Assembly (NCBI RefSeq): GCF_964204865.1
Contig: NC_135252.1
Span: forward strand, 11,842,001-11,906,000
Source: Styela clava
Taxonomy: Eukaryota
DNA length: 64,000 nucleotides
Direction of reading: 5' to 3'
A model generated the notes under the pieces. The model was given only the letters and a program-made list of their open reading frames with translations. It did no database searches and was not told the origin of the DNA. This document shows positions 38,301 to 50,511 of the stretch, one piece after another. How positions within the stretch are numbered: position 1 is the first letter of the stretch; each line of letters opens with the position of its first letter. Made by a program: the position numbers and the translations under genes.

Positions 38301-40040
38301 ACAAAATAGTAAACTGGTAATGAGTAACGTCGAGTGAAAGCTGGATAAATGGGCTTCAACGGGAATACATGTAGAATGGTACATGATAAGCCAGTTTCGT
38401 GGAATGAGTTTGGTAAGAGTTCTGATTTTGTTGACACAGTCCTGTTGTAAGTGGACTTATGAATAACTACATAATAAAAAGAGCAATCAAGTTCCTCAGT
38501 ACCACAGGTCCTCTATAGTCATCTGTTATTACACGACTATGCTGCTCCAAGTGAAGCAACAACTGATTTTACTGAACAACTTAACTTACTGATTGTGAAC
38601 CCGTTATATGAGATACTGGCAGTTGATTCAATCCGAAAACACACAGGATTCGAGGTTGTCCACTCTGTGCAGTTTCCTGTGGTTATACTTCTCAGACCAC
38701 TTACAAGTGACGAAGTAGTTGTTACTTCATATCCTTGTTGGCACTCTATACAATTGACCACGGTCATCTCAAAAAGCAATATAGATGCGAAAACCGATTT
38801 CCAGTATTGTCTCGCTATCATAGTTATATATATATATAACAAGTCTCACATGTAAAACAATCTAAAACCTAGTTGTAAGGTAATTATTTGTAAAATTTCG
38901 ATAAAACTGATACCTGGATGGCTGCACCCTAATAAACCACCGCATTCTTCAGATTTTTCCCATTTGCGAAAGCTATTAAACATATTATAAATCAGAATTA
39001 GTTTCTAGTGATCATCACACGACTTAGGAAAACATATCTGACGACATGAGGGAAGGCTGAGTCGATCTTGTCAGATATCATTAGTCATTGCACGTTTCCC
39101 ATATACCAAGGGTGGCCAACCCGCTTCCAACCGCGAACGACTGAAAAGTTCCGACTTATCAGTATTAACGTCATACACAGAAACGAATGAGTACTGAATA
39201 TGCAGTTAACTGCACAAACGCATACACAAAATTCCACCACCACCAATATACTCGGCATTCTTAATAAAATCGCCACAAAATTTGTATTTTTCATGCTCCA
39301 TTTTACATTGACAAAAAAATTTTTTTCCCGGCCCCAAATGTTCTATGACTGTTCAAACATCGGTATATAATTTACAATTTCCTTCAAGTCCGATTTTTTT
39401 ACTCGCCTGGAATTATATACGCTACCGCCACCGTTGCAAATAAAATAGAGTGTGACCAAAACATTCGCGTACCGCAGAAGTTATTGAAGGATCGCTTTTC
39501 AGTCAAGTCACACGATATTCGACACGTTGGTTTCTAAACCTTGCTAGCGTGAGAACTTGCATTTGTTAATTCTTACGTGATGTTCGATTTGCCCTCGCAC
39601 GCCTCATACATTTAGCCACTTATATTTCTCTATCATCTTACCAATCCCAGACAAATTATGTTCTATCTTCATTACTGTTTTATTTCATGTTTATAGTGAC
39701 TCATTATTGCGCCATAGTAAAGACTTAGGGAGTAAAACTTTTCGCCCTGGTTTTGAGATAACGTGCTTCTTATCCTTTTTTCTCTGCGATATACTATACT
39801 AGTATAGACTATTAGTTAATGAATTTTATTATCATTCTTTAATTCCATCTTTCTGCATAATTAAGGAGTACTTGAGCACTGTAGAAAATATACCTCGAAC
39901 AATCGGATATGAGCAATACGATTTCGGATGTGATGTTATGCGTTTGCTATACCCACAACAATCAGAGTTCACAAATGATCTCGATGTTGTTATTGTTACT
40001 CTCTGCGTTGTGACTTTACCACACATACCATATTTTGATA
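35370..40040. repeat. Segmental duplicate of ~28780-34940
   Basis: Collinear shared blocks (gaagtcactctgaaaaa, accaccatcgtt, ttgtagtatgattgctttt, whole C/D gene, cggatatgagcaata...accacacataccatattttgataa). Confidence 0.85.
37130..38821 (-). CDS. Three-finger GPI-type protein D (~214 aa), recent paralog of C
   Basis: Exons 38821-38590, 37995-37860, 37472-37309, 37242-37130, in frame; near-identical to C. Confidence 0.9.
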
Positions 40041-40172
40041 AGATTTAAGCTTCCAAGTAAATTTTGATGATCTCGTTGAACCTGTGATTCAACACCACCG
40101 TTAGCTGAAGCTTATCTTGACAAAGTAAGCAATATCACAGTAAGATCTAATTCGGTATTACATTGAAAAACA

Positions 40173-40502
40173 CCGCGTTTCCCCGAAAATAAATCCTAGC
40201 CTGAACATAAGACCGAGCACGAAGTTTAATAATGATTTTAATATAAGCCCTCCCCTTAAAATATAACCTAGTCGAAAGCGCGAATTTTTTTTTTCGTTAT
40301 TTCGACCTAGTCGATAGCGAGAAATCTCTCCTACATGTTTTAAAATTTAAATGATTTGTATATTTAAAAATCTCGTAATTCTTTCCTTTGTAATGCTGTT
40401 TTTGATGAATGAAAATGAAAGACATCCCCCAAAAAAAGCCCTAGTGTTATTTTTCGGAAGCAATTTGAAACAAAACCCTGTCTTATTTTCGGGGAAGCAC
40501 GG
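40173..40502. mobile_element. Tc1/mariner (Tc2/pogo-like) MITE
   Basis: TIRs CCGCGTTTCCCCGAAAATAA / TTATTTTCGGGGAAGCACGG followed by TA. Confidence 0.82.
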
Positions 40503-40513
40503 TATGATTATGG

Positions 40514-41040
40514 CAGCGGTTCCTAAAGTTGCTAAGTGCGCCGCGAAACTCACTAGAATTGTGTTGAGGGTATCTAAAATATAATTGAATATTTTAGATA
40601 CGGTGTTGCATTTATTATAAATGTTTTATTATTTTAAATGCTGTGTATATGAATCAATTAATTCATTTCATCTCTATATTTCGTTTACTTTCTGTTAAAG
40701 TAGTGTCTGCATTTATTGTTACTTAAAGATATACTCGTGTACACTACTGCAATTTCGTGAGCTGCAGTTTATTTATCTGCTGAACCGAATTCAGCGAACA
40801 TGAGTGATGTTTTCAGCATTTCAAAGGAAAATCAGGCAAATATATATCAGGAAGAAGAGTTGACCCCTAGCTTATTCCTTAGGCTTACCTGTTTACATAT
40901 CTTAAATTATATCAACTGAAGTACACATTAACGATCACAAAATTGAGCTTCCTTCTAAAGCAGCGTTTTTAGTGTAAGTGCGCCGTGAGTTTTTTCCCTC
41001 ATAATATGGCGCGCACGAACAAAAAGTTCGGGAACCGCTG
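40514..41040. mobile_element. hAT MITE
   Basis: TIRs CAGCGGTTCC / GGAACCGCTG; TSD GATTATGG/GACTATGG. Confidence 0.85.
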
Positions 41041-41827
41041 GACTATGGAATTAAATCGGGTTGAAGTTTTATAATATTTTTAATTTACGGTAGTTGTTTC
41101 ATCTAGATCAGAATCGTGAGTTGAATAAAAAGTTTCACCAATGATATGAAAGTCAAGAGTTGATTTGTATGGACGAATAGTTTAGAATTTTTAACAGGTC
41201 AAGTCAAATAAATATATCTTTTTGTATTTGGATTTTGTTACATTGTTAAGCATTCATTTGCAATATATGTCTAGATTGTTCATTCACGCATTTATCCAAA
41301 ATTCAATTTTATAACTCAATAATCAACCAAATAACGGAAGATTATGAATTTTCTGTGCTGGACCCGACGGCTTAAGTCTACGAATACTGTTATTAGGATT
41401 CGTGTTTTGCATAACAATGCTTTATGCATTCCTTTGCGGTCTCGCCTACCCGTTGGCCGTTACTCATATCCAAAATGTACTACTGAAAGGGATAAACTTA
41501 AAAACAAACAAAACCCAGTTAGGAGTCTTCCTGGTAACTATCCCTTTCCTTTTTTTACAATGATGTTTCTCGAATTGTTTCTCGTGTCTCGTGTAGTCCG
41601 CATTCTGCTGACTTGCATATATATATCATATTGGCCTATATATTTTCTTGGAAAATCTTTTGAATATCTATTTACTATAGATTATGATGCTGCGATGTTG
41701 TTTTTATCGAAAAATCGAAAAACTGTCGCTCAGCCGCCCTTTGCAATTGACTTAAGATTGTCTATTGATTTTCCAAATACCATATTCAAATATCAGTGAA
41801 TGCTAAAAAAAGACTGTCATTTATGCT

Positions 41828-43666
41828 TTACTTTTCAATATTATTCAATACAATCAGACGTAACAAATAATACGTAAGAATGTGTGCAAGCAGTCGAGTT
41901 TGCATAAACACTGAATGGCCATTAGATGTCGTTGCAATATCAGTGGGTGTTGTGGTCTGTTCATTAGTCATACTGGCAATTGTTGCATTGTTGCAGCTGT
42001 CCGTTGAACAACATTCATATTCGCAACTTCTAAAAATAAAAAAAACAGCAGAACCAAAATGAATGGGGTTATTTTGTTATTACTGTTTATGTTGATGTTT
42101 AGCATATAGTCAAAAATATGCATACACAGACAAGTCATTTACGTATAGTATAGAGCCAGGCAAATATACATGTACAATCAACTTAATATACATGTACAGC
42201 CATTTAAGTGATGTACATACACATAAAATGACATTCGCATATATATTTGATTTAATGTGATGTACAGTCATCCAAGTAATGAACGTATACACAGAAAATG
42301 TCATACGCACATAGAGCCAACTCAATAAACATATACATCCATTTAAATGGTGTACCGTGCACATATAAAATTCAATGTCATATACATGTACAACCAACTT
42401 AAAATGCATTAATGATGTGCATACAAACGATAACGTCATATGCACTTTTGTGTAAAAGTAGATTGCAACCTCCTTTACGTATTCATCTACAACGTTCGTC
42501 AAATTGGTATGCATCGTTATGCGCAACTACGTACAGACGTGCCACTGATGCTTGTTTCATAGCAATTTAGTACATCTACTTTACACTACACTTGGTATGA
42601 TAATTTCTAATATTTCGATCAAAAGCCGTTCTGGAGTTTCTGTGAACGTTTTAACGCACTCATTGCGACCGATCATCTGCAATGGGATGATATGACTTCT
42701 GAGATTACGACTTCCCATATATATCTATAAATCAGCTGCTACAAGCTGAATCATTATGAACATAACATGTAAATGCAAACGTTTTAATATACAATATACA
42801 TAGAGTGCATGCATATGACAGGTTGCCGGGGTTGGATGTATTTGTATATCACCTAAATGGCTGTATATGTAAATTTGGTTTGCTGTATATGCTAACTGTC
42901 TTAAAGATGGGAATGACAACAAGTGATATCGCATATTTCGTATGCATTCGACTATACATATAATAGTTTTTAAAAATTTGAATGTAATACTGCAAGATCT
43001 GGAAGAAACTTCAGTAAAATTGTATACAAATTGGGAATTTGGAGGAAATATTCGTTACGTTCAAATTTTTTTCTGTTTATAAATCCTTACTTGACTATAT
43101 AAGATCCAAGTAGGTTAGATCCAATTTGTTCAGTAATAACCTCAGGCGCATAAGATGTACAATTTACCGTGTCGCAGAAAGCTGTTGTAGAGCAATTTGC
43201 AAATGCTACCTTCAAGTCAGGAATCGAACTTACTGTGGAAATACCTAGAAGAATTATAAAACAGTGCACTAGCTGAAATCCAAAGATAAACCAGGTGAAT
43301 ATATCAGCTCGTCAAAATTAAAATTATACAAGAAAATTTAAAATAATCACGTTGGGTGAAATATATTGTGAAGGCAATGACAAATAGATGCCAGATAGAT
43401 TCCGCTACGGATAGATTTCTATATAATAACCGGATGCGTATCAGTGACTGCTTGATTGAAGACTTGTTCGGAATGAAAACGACTCACCAAAATAACAGTC
43501 GGTATAGTGCTTTACCTGCTACAGCCTCTATTCGTAAGCATGTTACATCATCTTCTTGTCCACAGTCAATTTCTAGTATAGTTGGAGAAGTAGATAAACA
43601 TTTCAACGAGTGAATTACGCGAAAGAAACATAAAATGACAATGAAAATAATTTTCCCAAATAGCAT
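41828..43666 (-). CDS. Three-finger GPI-type protein E (~168 aa)
   Basis: Exons 43666-43516, 43244-43091, 42029-41828, in frame. LKC..IDC..VTC..ANCSTTAFCDTVNC..SCEYECCSTDSCN; Thr-rich stalk; moderately hydrophobic tail. Confidence 0.87.
42110..42930. repeat. Degenerate CATATACAGCC-rich repeat element (related copy at ~20000-20330)
   Basis: Iterated catatacagcc/ggctgtatatg motifs in both orientations. Confidence 0.6.
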
Positions 43667-43899
43667 TTTGTAATATTGATATTTGGATGAAAGACTATCT
43701 AATCAGATTACAATATCGAGATTTTGACTAATTATACCGCCTTGCATAATCTGTAAGTAAAATCAGGGTATTTTTAAAATATGTAACATGAACGAGGCGT
43801 CCTATCAAATTGCGTTCTTTCTGTCTGTGTCACTAGTGAGGTATGTAAAAACAATAGTATTAGATTTATTGTACAGATGGCATTTGATCATCCACAAGA

Positions 43900-44080
43900 A
43901 TAATACATCAAATATGATTGACTCACAATTGGCGCCTAAACTGAAGACTCTTTCCCATCAACGAAATGTTGCGTCTCTGTGCTTATTTCAAAAACATTTT
44001 ACCAGAATTTATTTCGGTCGTATTCGCTTGATTGCGAGCTCTCACGCTCACTCTCAGTATACCCACCAGACAAACGAACT
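43900..44080 (+). mobile_element. CR1-like LINE ORF2 C-terminal remnant
   Basis: LKTLSHQRNVASLCLFQKHF resembles the LSHRRNVASLSLFYKY motif at the end of invertebrate CR1 reverse-transcriptase ORFs. Confidence 0.6.
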
Positions 44081-45725
44081 TTTATGCCGAAAAGTTTATC
44101 CAATAATACATTTTCAAACTGTCAATTGTCAGCTCAATCGGTATACTTACGCGTACCACCACCACAATTCCATACAGTTTAGATCGCTTTTCAATAGCCC
44201 CTAACCTCGCTTATAGATTATTATTCTTCACTTCTTGGTGAGTGCGGATGACCTTGCTTTGGGTAAATTTTCCGTAAACAAATATCTGATGTCATTTGAC
44301 GCATCATCAGATGATACGTTGTCAATTATTTGTATATGCATACGGCGAAATACAAGCGTTGTCAGATCATCAATTATTCGGAGACACAATTACCTTAATA
44401 TGTTTTGGCTGAAACATCCTTATTCATAAAAGGAATCACGGCAAACATTTACAACACTTTTTACTGCGTTACAGTTGGTCTTTTACATAGCATTATTACT
44501 TTCCAATAAAACGGTGTCCGGTCCTAGTAACTTTGCGATGAATCCATCAGGCCTCAATTTGCTATAAATATGCTACTATCTAAGTAACTGTGATATCTAT
44601 TCATTTGCACAGGTACTAGTCACGCACCGTGACTTCCCATTCGGAAATCGCGTAAATTGCGTCTTATTCTAAGAGCCTCCGGCCAGTAGCAATTTGCCAG
44701 TCACGCATGGGCTATTTAGGCATACCACAAATAAAATGACAACCTGCTCATTATTTCAAATTTCTTTGCAAATATCAGAGGTATTAAAAATCCTTTGCGC
44801 TTGATTGTTACACCATACTGATCAAATCAAAACAACCACGGGCACATATTCAAGATCAAATAAATATTGAAATAGTTATAATTGTGGGGCAATCCTATTG
44901 ACATGATATGAGCTATACATGTGAATCTACACTACCGTGGATAGGTCTGTTGATACCAATGATCATAAAACGCGAAGGTCAAGGTTGTTGTTTTTTAATC
45001 AGTAATTGTTTAGGTATTTTTATTTCATTTATTGCATCTGTGAGGGCCAAAACAATATATGGTATCGATAAATTGACTTTGCATTTGTAAGACTTTATGG
45101 GCATCCTATATATCACAAGGATAGTCGATAAGAATAAAAAAAAAAAAAAACGTTAAGCACATGCTGACAGTTTACCGCTTAGCATAATGATTTTCACAAA
45201 CCCAGTTGGGTAACCAGCATCGACATTGTAGTGTAGTGAACTCCGGAGTTTCAGAACTCCAGTCAGAAATAGTGACCAGAACGAATATAATATTGCTTGT
45301 GAAGGACATATTGAAATGGTATACATGAATATTTCAATTCAATAACTATGGAAACATTTCAAAAATGACCAATATCCTAAGCATTACCCCTTTCAAGATA
45401 TTCAAAGATCCAGAATATCAATCAAATATTTATTACCATTCATCCCTTTTTGTAAATAAAGTACATGGTAAATATATGGTTTATGAGACTGTGTTTGTTT
45501 GTTATATACTATGTTCAGAAATAGGTATTGATAATACAAGAGATAATGCAAGGCACAAAAATATGTATCCAATGGTCAATTTTATCATAAAAGCATCTTC
45601 GATTATGAAATTGAACTATCGATTCATATATATATATATTGTGAAACCCATAGTCTTTTTTCAAAATAATATACAATTTCTCGAACCATTCTCGGCTATG
45701 TCACTATTATAATCTAATATGTAAC

Positions 45726-46653
45726 CTACAGAACTAGCAACAACAAAATAGAGTACAGAGGGTAAAACAAGCTTGGTGACTTGAACATCGAACCGCTTCC
45801 TGACGTGGTGAGTTCTTCTCTTCCATCTGATGTGGTGAGTTCTTCTCCTTCATCTGATGTGGTGAGTTCTTCTCCTCCATTTGATGTGTTGAGTTCTTCT
45901 CCGTCATCTGGTGCGGTGAGTTCTTCTACTCCATCTGGTGTGGTGAGTTCTTCTACTCCATCTGATGTGGTAGGATTCGCGTTTTCAACAACAGGTTTAG
46001 TTTTGGTTTCATCTGTCACGTCACTGACCACAACAACTGTACCTGGAGTTGATTCAGAAATTGGTGTCGTACTTTCCATAGAAACGCTGTTGCAATTGTC
46101 TGTAGAGCAGCACGAAAATGTACAATTTCTAAAACAAAGAAAAATTTATTTGTAGTAGTAGTATATTGTAATAACAAATGTTCGTAAATAAGAGATTTGA
46201 TCTTACTCAATAACAACACCCGGAAATATTTTTGCAGATTGATCTTTTGCATATTCTTTGCATTTCATCTCGTCACACTGTGTTTTCGTAGAGCAAGAAT
46301 CAAACGTCCTATATTGTGTCCCACCCCCTTAAAAATAAAGTCTTCCGTTAGCACTTTTCAGCTTACAATTAAGTATCTTTGGAGTATTTAGACCAGCGCC
46401 TCTCTCAAACCTAATCATACCTTGTTTGGCAACTTTGTTGAAGAAAAACTTTTGAAGCAGCAAAAATAAGTAAAAAACCCTTACCTAATGAGATTACTAC
46501 GTCCATGTGTAAACAAGTTGTAGTGGTGCTCGAACAAAGGGTTTCTTGCGGGTTGCTCGTCAGAGAGGTAACAGCGCATTTCAGCGAACTGCCTTTCTCA
46601 GAAAGTATGAAGATCGCTAGCAAAGCAATTTGTCCACGCAGCATTTTAACCAT
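45726..46653 (-). CDS. Three-finger GPI-type protein F (~230 aa) with acidic 27-bp-repeat stalk
   Basis: Exons 46653-46485, 46327-46207, 46128-45726, in frame. LKC..TLC..TTC..DSCSTKTQCDEMKC..NCTFSCCSTDNCN; six DGxEELTTS repeats; tail LFYPLYSILLLLVL*. Confidence 0.88.
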
Positions 46654-48687
46654 ATTGTAGTGTTGAATTTCTGAAATAAGTAGAGACGCTATGAAAAAAG
46701 TTTGTATAAAAATACAAGATCTCGGTTTTGCCTAACAGCATTTGTAAACTCAAGTTTAACCATTCTTCATCTACAAAAAACATTTCTGGTCTTATTCTCT
46801 GTTGTTTTCCTAGACACATTGTAGCTCCCCTGTTTTATCGAGTAAGGAAATATTCATGGAAGCAATTTCACCGCTTTTTCAAATCGTGAGTTGCGTTATG
46901 TTTTTTAGATTTGACGCATGCGCCTGTGTGATGACCATAATATTAAAATGAGTTTACCAACATATTTACTCGGTGATATATGCCTGAAATACATGTAAAT
47001 TTCAAGCATATTGACAAATTTCCGGTTAGGGCCGAGTTTTTCGAGAAATACAATGACTCAACAGTTGTCGCTTCCTGTTATTCAGGGCAAAATGTTAATT
47101 GACCATGATATTATATTCTACAAATCTACAATAGCCAAAATCACTGATGAACATCTATTCTACACGATATAAAATAATTAGGTCAATTCTGGTAACAGAC
47201 ACCAAAATGCTATTTATCAAGACTAATGAAATGAGACACATTTGAGAAGTAGAACAATCTATTCGACCCATCCGCATTGAAGAATTATCCTATCAATTTT
47301 TCACATATTTATATTTACATAGATCATTAAAATTGTGCTCAAGCAAGTGCTGGAATAGTTTTGGCATAATTTCATTTTTATTCTGTATCCGATATAATAA
47401 TTCGTTCAAGAAGTGGCGTTATAGATATGTGTTGACGGTGTGTCTTTTCTAATATATATATATATCAAAGATTTACCCCCAACACATATTTTCGAAGCCA
47501 CATACATCAGAGTCGGAGTGAAGATGACTTAGGTTAGTAGCCAACAGTGAGATAAACTTTAGACGTTTATTTATCTTCAATGTCTCATCTAGTGGCAAGT
47601 CAGCGAGTGTGAAAGCTACCCCAAAAAACACCCCGCCACCATTAAAATAAAAATATAATAGTAATTATCCAGCAGTTAGGGTTAGGAAAACAAATTGCGC
47701 AGAAAATTTAAATTTCAAATCGTTTCTAACATGAACCCTAACTGAATAATTACAAATTTTCTATCTAATACGAGGCTGAAGTATTTTTCTCAAATGTCGC
47801 ATTTTTTTTAATATAGTGGCGTTGGCTTTCTACAAAAGATCCCAATTTTATTGTCTAATATGCAATAAACTTCGTGCGTATGGGATAAGTTTCTGTCTAG
47901 TGTGTGTTTCGTAGCAGTGAAATTTCTACATGAAACAAAATTTGTCCTTTTTACTTTTAAAGAGGCGTGCGCACCCTTGACTTGCCCGTTAATGTTCTTA
48001 CCAAATTTGAAAAATGAGCTGGTTGGCTGAACAAAATTCATACCACTGTGGCGTATATTTGCAAGTAAAATGTTATCACTATTGACATATGATGTATGCA
48101 TTAATTTATGAACAAGGAAGCGATAAACACGAAGTACGAAGTCACAGTAGACTACCTAAATCGCAGTCACCTGACCACTGACGGGAACACGGAACCGCCG
48201 GGGATTGCGCAATTTTGAATTTGATGACGTTCTTGCACAAAAAAATGAATCCACTAGATCCCACAGTATTTTTTAAAATTAATAACAGAAATAGTCTTCT
48301 AGCGAAAATGGAATTTTCAACCACTGCAACTTTGAAGTAATTGGTCCGGTAGCTAATGAGAAAAGCGATTTTTCCACAAAAAGACGATAAAATAATTACT
48401 TACAAGAACAACAACATATTACCAAAGCCATTCATGTGTACATTTTGTGTCCAATAATTCGACATAAACGTGACACCATAGAAATGTGATTAATACTGTA
48501 TTAAAAGAGACAGAGCGTGAAAGGAGACAATAATACATTAGGTATACAAAGTTTATATTTTAATAAACAAAACAAAAAAGTAAAAACGTTTTTTTTGGTC
48601 TGAGCAGTTAGAATAATTAATTCCAAAAATCCTTTATAACTTTTTTATTCATATGAACTGTGAGTATACAAGTAAGGTAAACGTAAT

Positions 48688-50511
48688 TTACGAGAAAACA
48701 TTTAGAATCAGCGAGATACAAAATAAAATTGGTATCCCAACATTTGACTGCACAATAAAAGTTGTAGAACCAGAAGATGTTGTTGACATTTTGTATTTAT
48801 CTGTAACTACGTTTTGAATTGAAAATTTGTTTGTGATACTTTCGCTCGAACTATCCGTTGAATTCGATGTTTCCATTGTTGTTATCAATATCGAAACCCT
48901 TGGCATATTTTCCGTAACTATGAAAGCATCATCAAATGGTGGAGAATCCCCGGAAGATTTTGACTTTTGATTTGCAGCCTTTGTGAACACGGGTGATTCA
49001 TATATAGTTTTGTCGGTTTGTACAGAAAGTGCAGAGATGGGTATTGAGGCGGTACTTAAAAACTCGTTTAAAGTAGTTTGAACATTTGTGATTGTAGAAT
49101 CAGTTGTGCGATTTACCTCGTCAGTATTGAAACTTTGACTCACAGTTAGATTACATGTCCCCGAGATTGTCAGTATCGGCAATGTTGATAGTGATGTCAC
49201 AGACGATTGTTTGGTCGGTTTCGTTACAGTTGTTGGGAGAATTTTCGGCTTCTCCGTTTTTGGTAAAACCGTAGTAGTTATAGGGAAGTTAGTTGAGTGG
49301 ATTCTATTTGAAAGAAAAGGCGTAGACGTCTTGGGGTTTTGTAGCTTACCCGTGCCCCTGGTAGAAGGTGTAGTTTGAATTGTTCGTGGTGGCCTGGTAG
49401 TTCTGGGTTTGAAGCTACCATTTTTTGTTCTTCCCTTTCCAGTGGCGCCATTTGAATTGCAATTATCTTCCTCGCAACATGCGATTTTGCAATTCCTGTT
49501 ATAAATGTAGTTCATACAACCAATAAAGATATTGTTTTTCCTGTTTATAAGAAAAGTTACATACTCCTACGCATCTACCTAGTATAAAAAAAATTATTTC
49601 GAGTTGACATAGATAGCAATGAATGTCTACACGAGTCTATAGCGCAAATGACTCATGCTTGAGCCTGTTGAAATTTTAGAAAGTTGATTTTCCACTTCAT
49701 TACTTAGCACGTTGCACCACGTTATATATTCGAGCCTGAACGTTAGGTAATTACCATTACATATTTCTTACTTTGAAGCACTCAAGACTTGAGGACTTGA
49801 GGCTCGGAATCTTGCTCCCATCGACGATTTTATGAATTCTTTAGATGTCGCACATGTCAATCTAGAACATCTTACTCGTGCAGAACACGCGTAATATATA
49901 GCTTTTCCGGAACCTACATTAAAACAAAGAATTAACAAGAAACGGATGCTCAAATATATGGACACGAAAGCCAAAACAAAGAAGTACGGGTATGCAATCT
50001 GTCACATGCAATCTGAGTAGACCACAGGCACCGCAATCTTCACGGATCACGACTAACGCGGACGCGTCACAAAGTGCGCAATTTTCGATGACGTCCTTGA
50101 ACAGCAAAACAGATTATATGGAGCCCACAGAATTTTTAAAATAAATAAAAGTAAAATCTTCTAGCGAAAAATACAATCTTCAACTAATGAAAAGTTCAAA
50201 GCAATTAGTCAGTAGTAGATGAGAAAAGCGATCAAATACAATACTATCGATTAAATACAATATCGATGATAAATTACCCACTTTCGCAGTTCAGATATTT
50301 TAACGAAATTATATAGAAACTCACCTTCAACCGTGGAGGTAATCTTCATACACGCAGGACGTGGTATTGATACGGGACATTTTTTCAATTTTTGCGTTTT
50401 TATTGTGACTGGTGAGTTACTGGATATCGACTCGTACCCCACCTGGCATTTTAGGCCGGCAGTCCACTTGACTGCAATGCACGCAAGCAGAATGCGATAC
50501 AGAAATTGCAT
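48688..50511 (-). CDS. Three-finger GPI-type protein G (~378 aa) with long mucin-like stalk
   Basis: Exons 50511-50325, 49913-49772, 49495-48688, in frame. LKCQVGY..KKC..PAC..YACSARVRCSRLTC..NCKIACCEEDNCN; ~240-aa S/T stalk; tail IPILFCISLILNVFS*. Confidence 0.9.
49960..50235. repeat. Dispersed repeat family member (related copies ~29070-29290, ~48130-48380, ~35640-35790; inverted at ~55730-56040 and ~10400-10560)
   Basis: Shared motifs gtacgggtatgc..cgcaattt..gatgacgtc..cttc[ct]agcgaaa..agcaattgg..gaaaaagcgat. Confidence 0.6.

Noticed and set aside
32519-38437. Duplicated 65-aa ORFs MSTKSELLPNSF...
   Set aside because: Inside intron 1 of genes C and D, non-ATG start; conserved only because the intron is duplicated.
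31270-38821. Calling the array genes true ACVR2/BMPR2 receptors
   Set aside because: They end in a terminal hydrophobic tail and stop with no kinase exons, and lack the ligand-binding Trp.
41344-42526. 151-aa and 138-aa ORFs near gene E
   Set aside because: No motifs; one is antisense to the region downstream of E, the other translates an intronic degenerate repeat.
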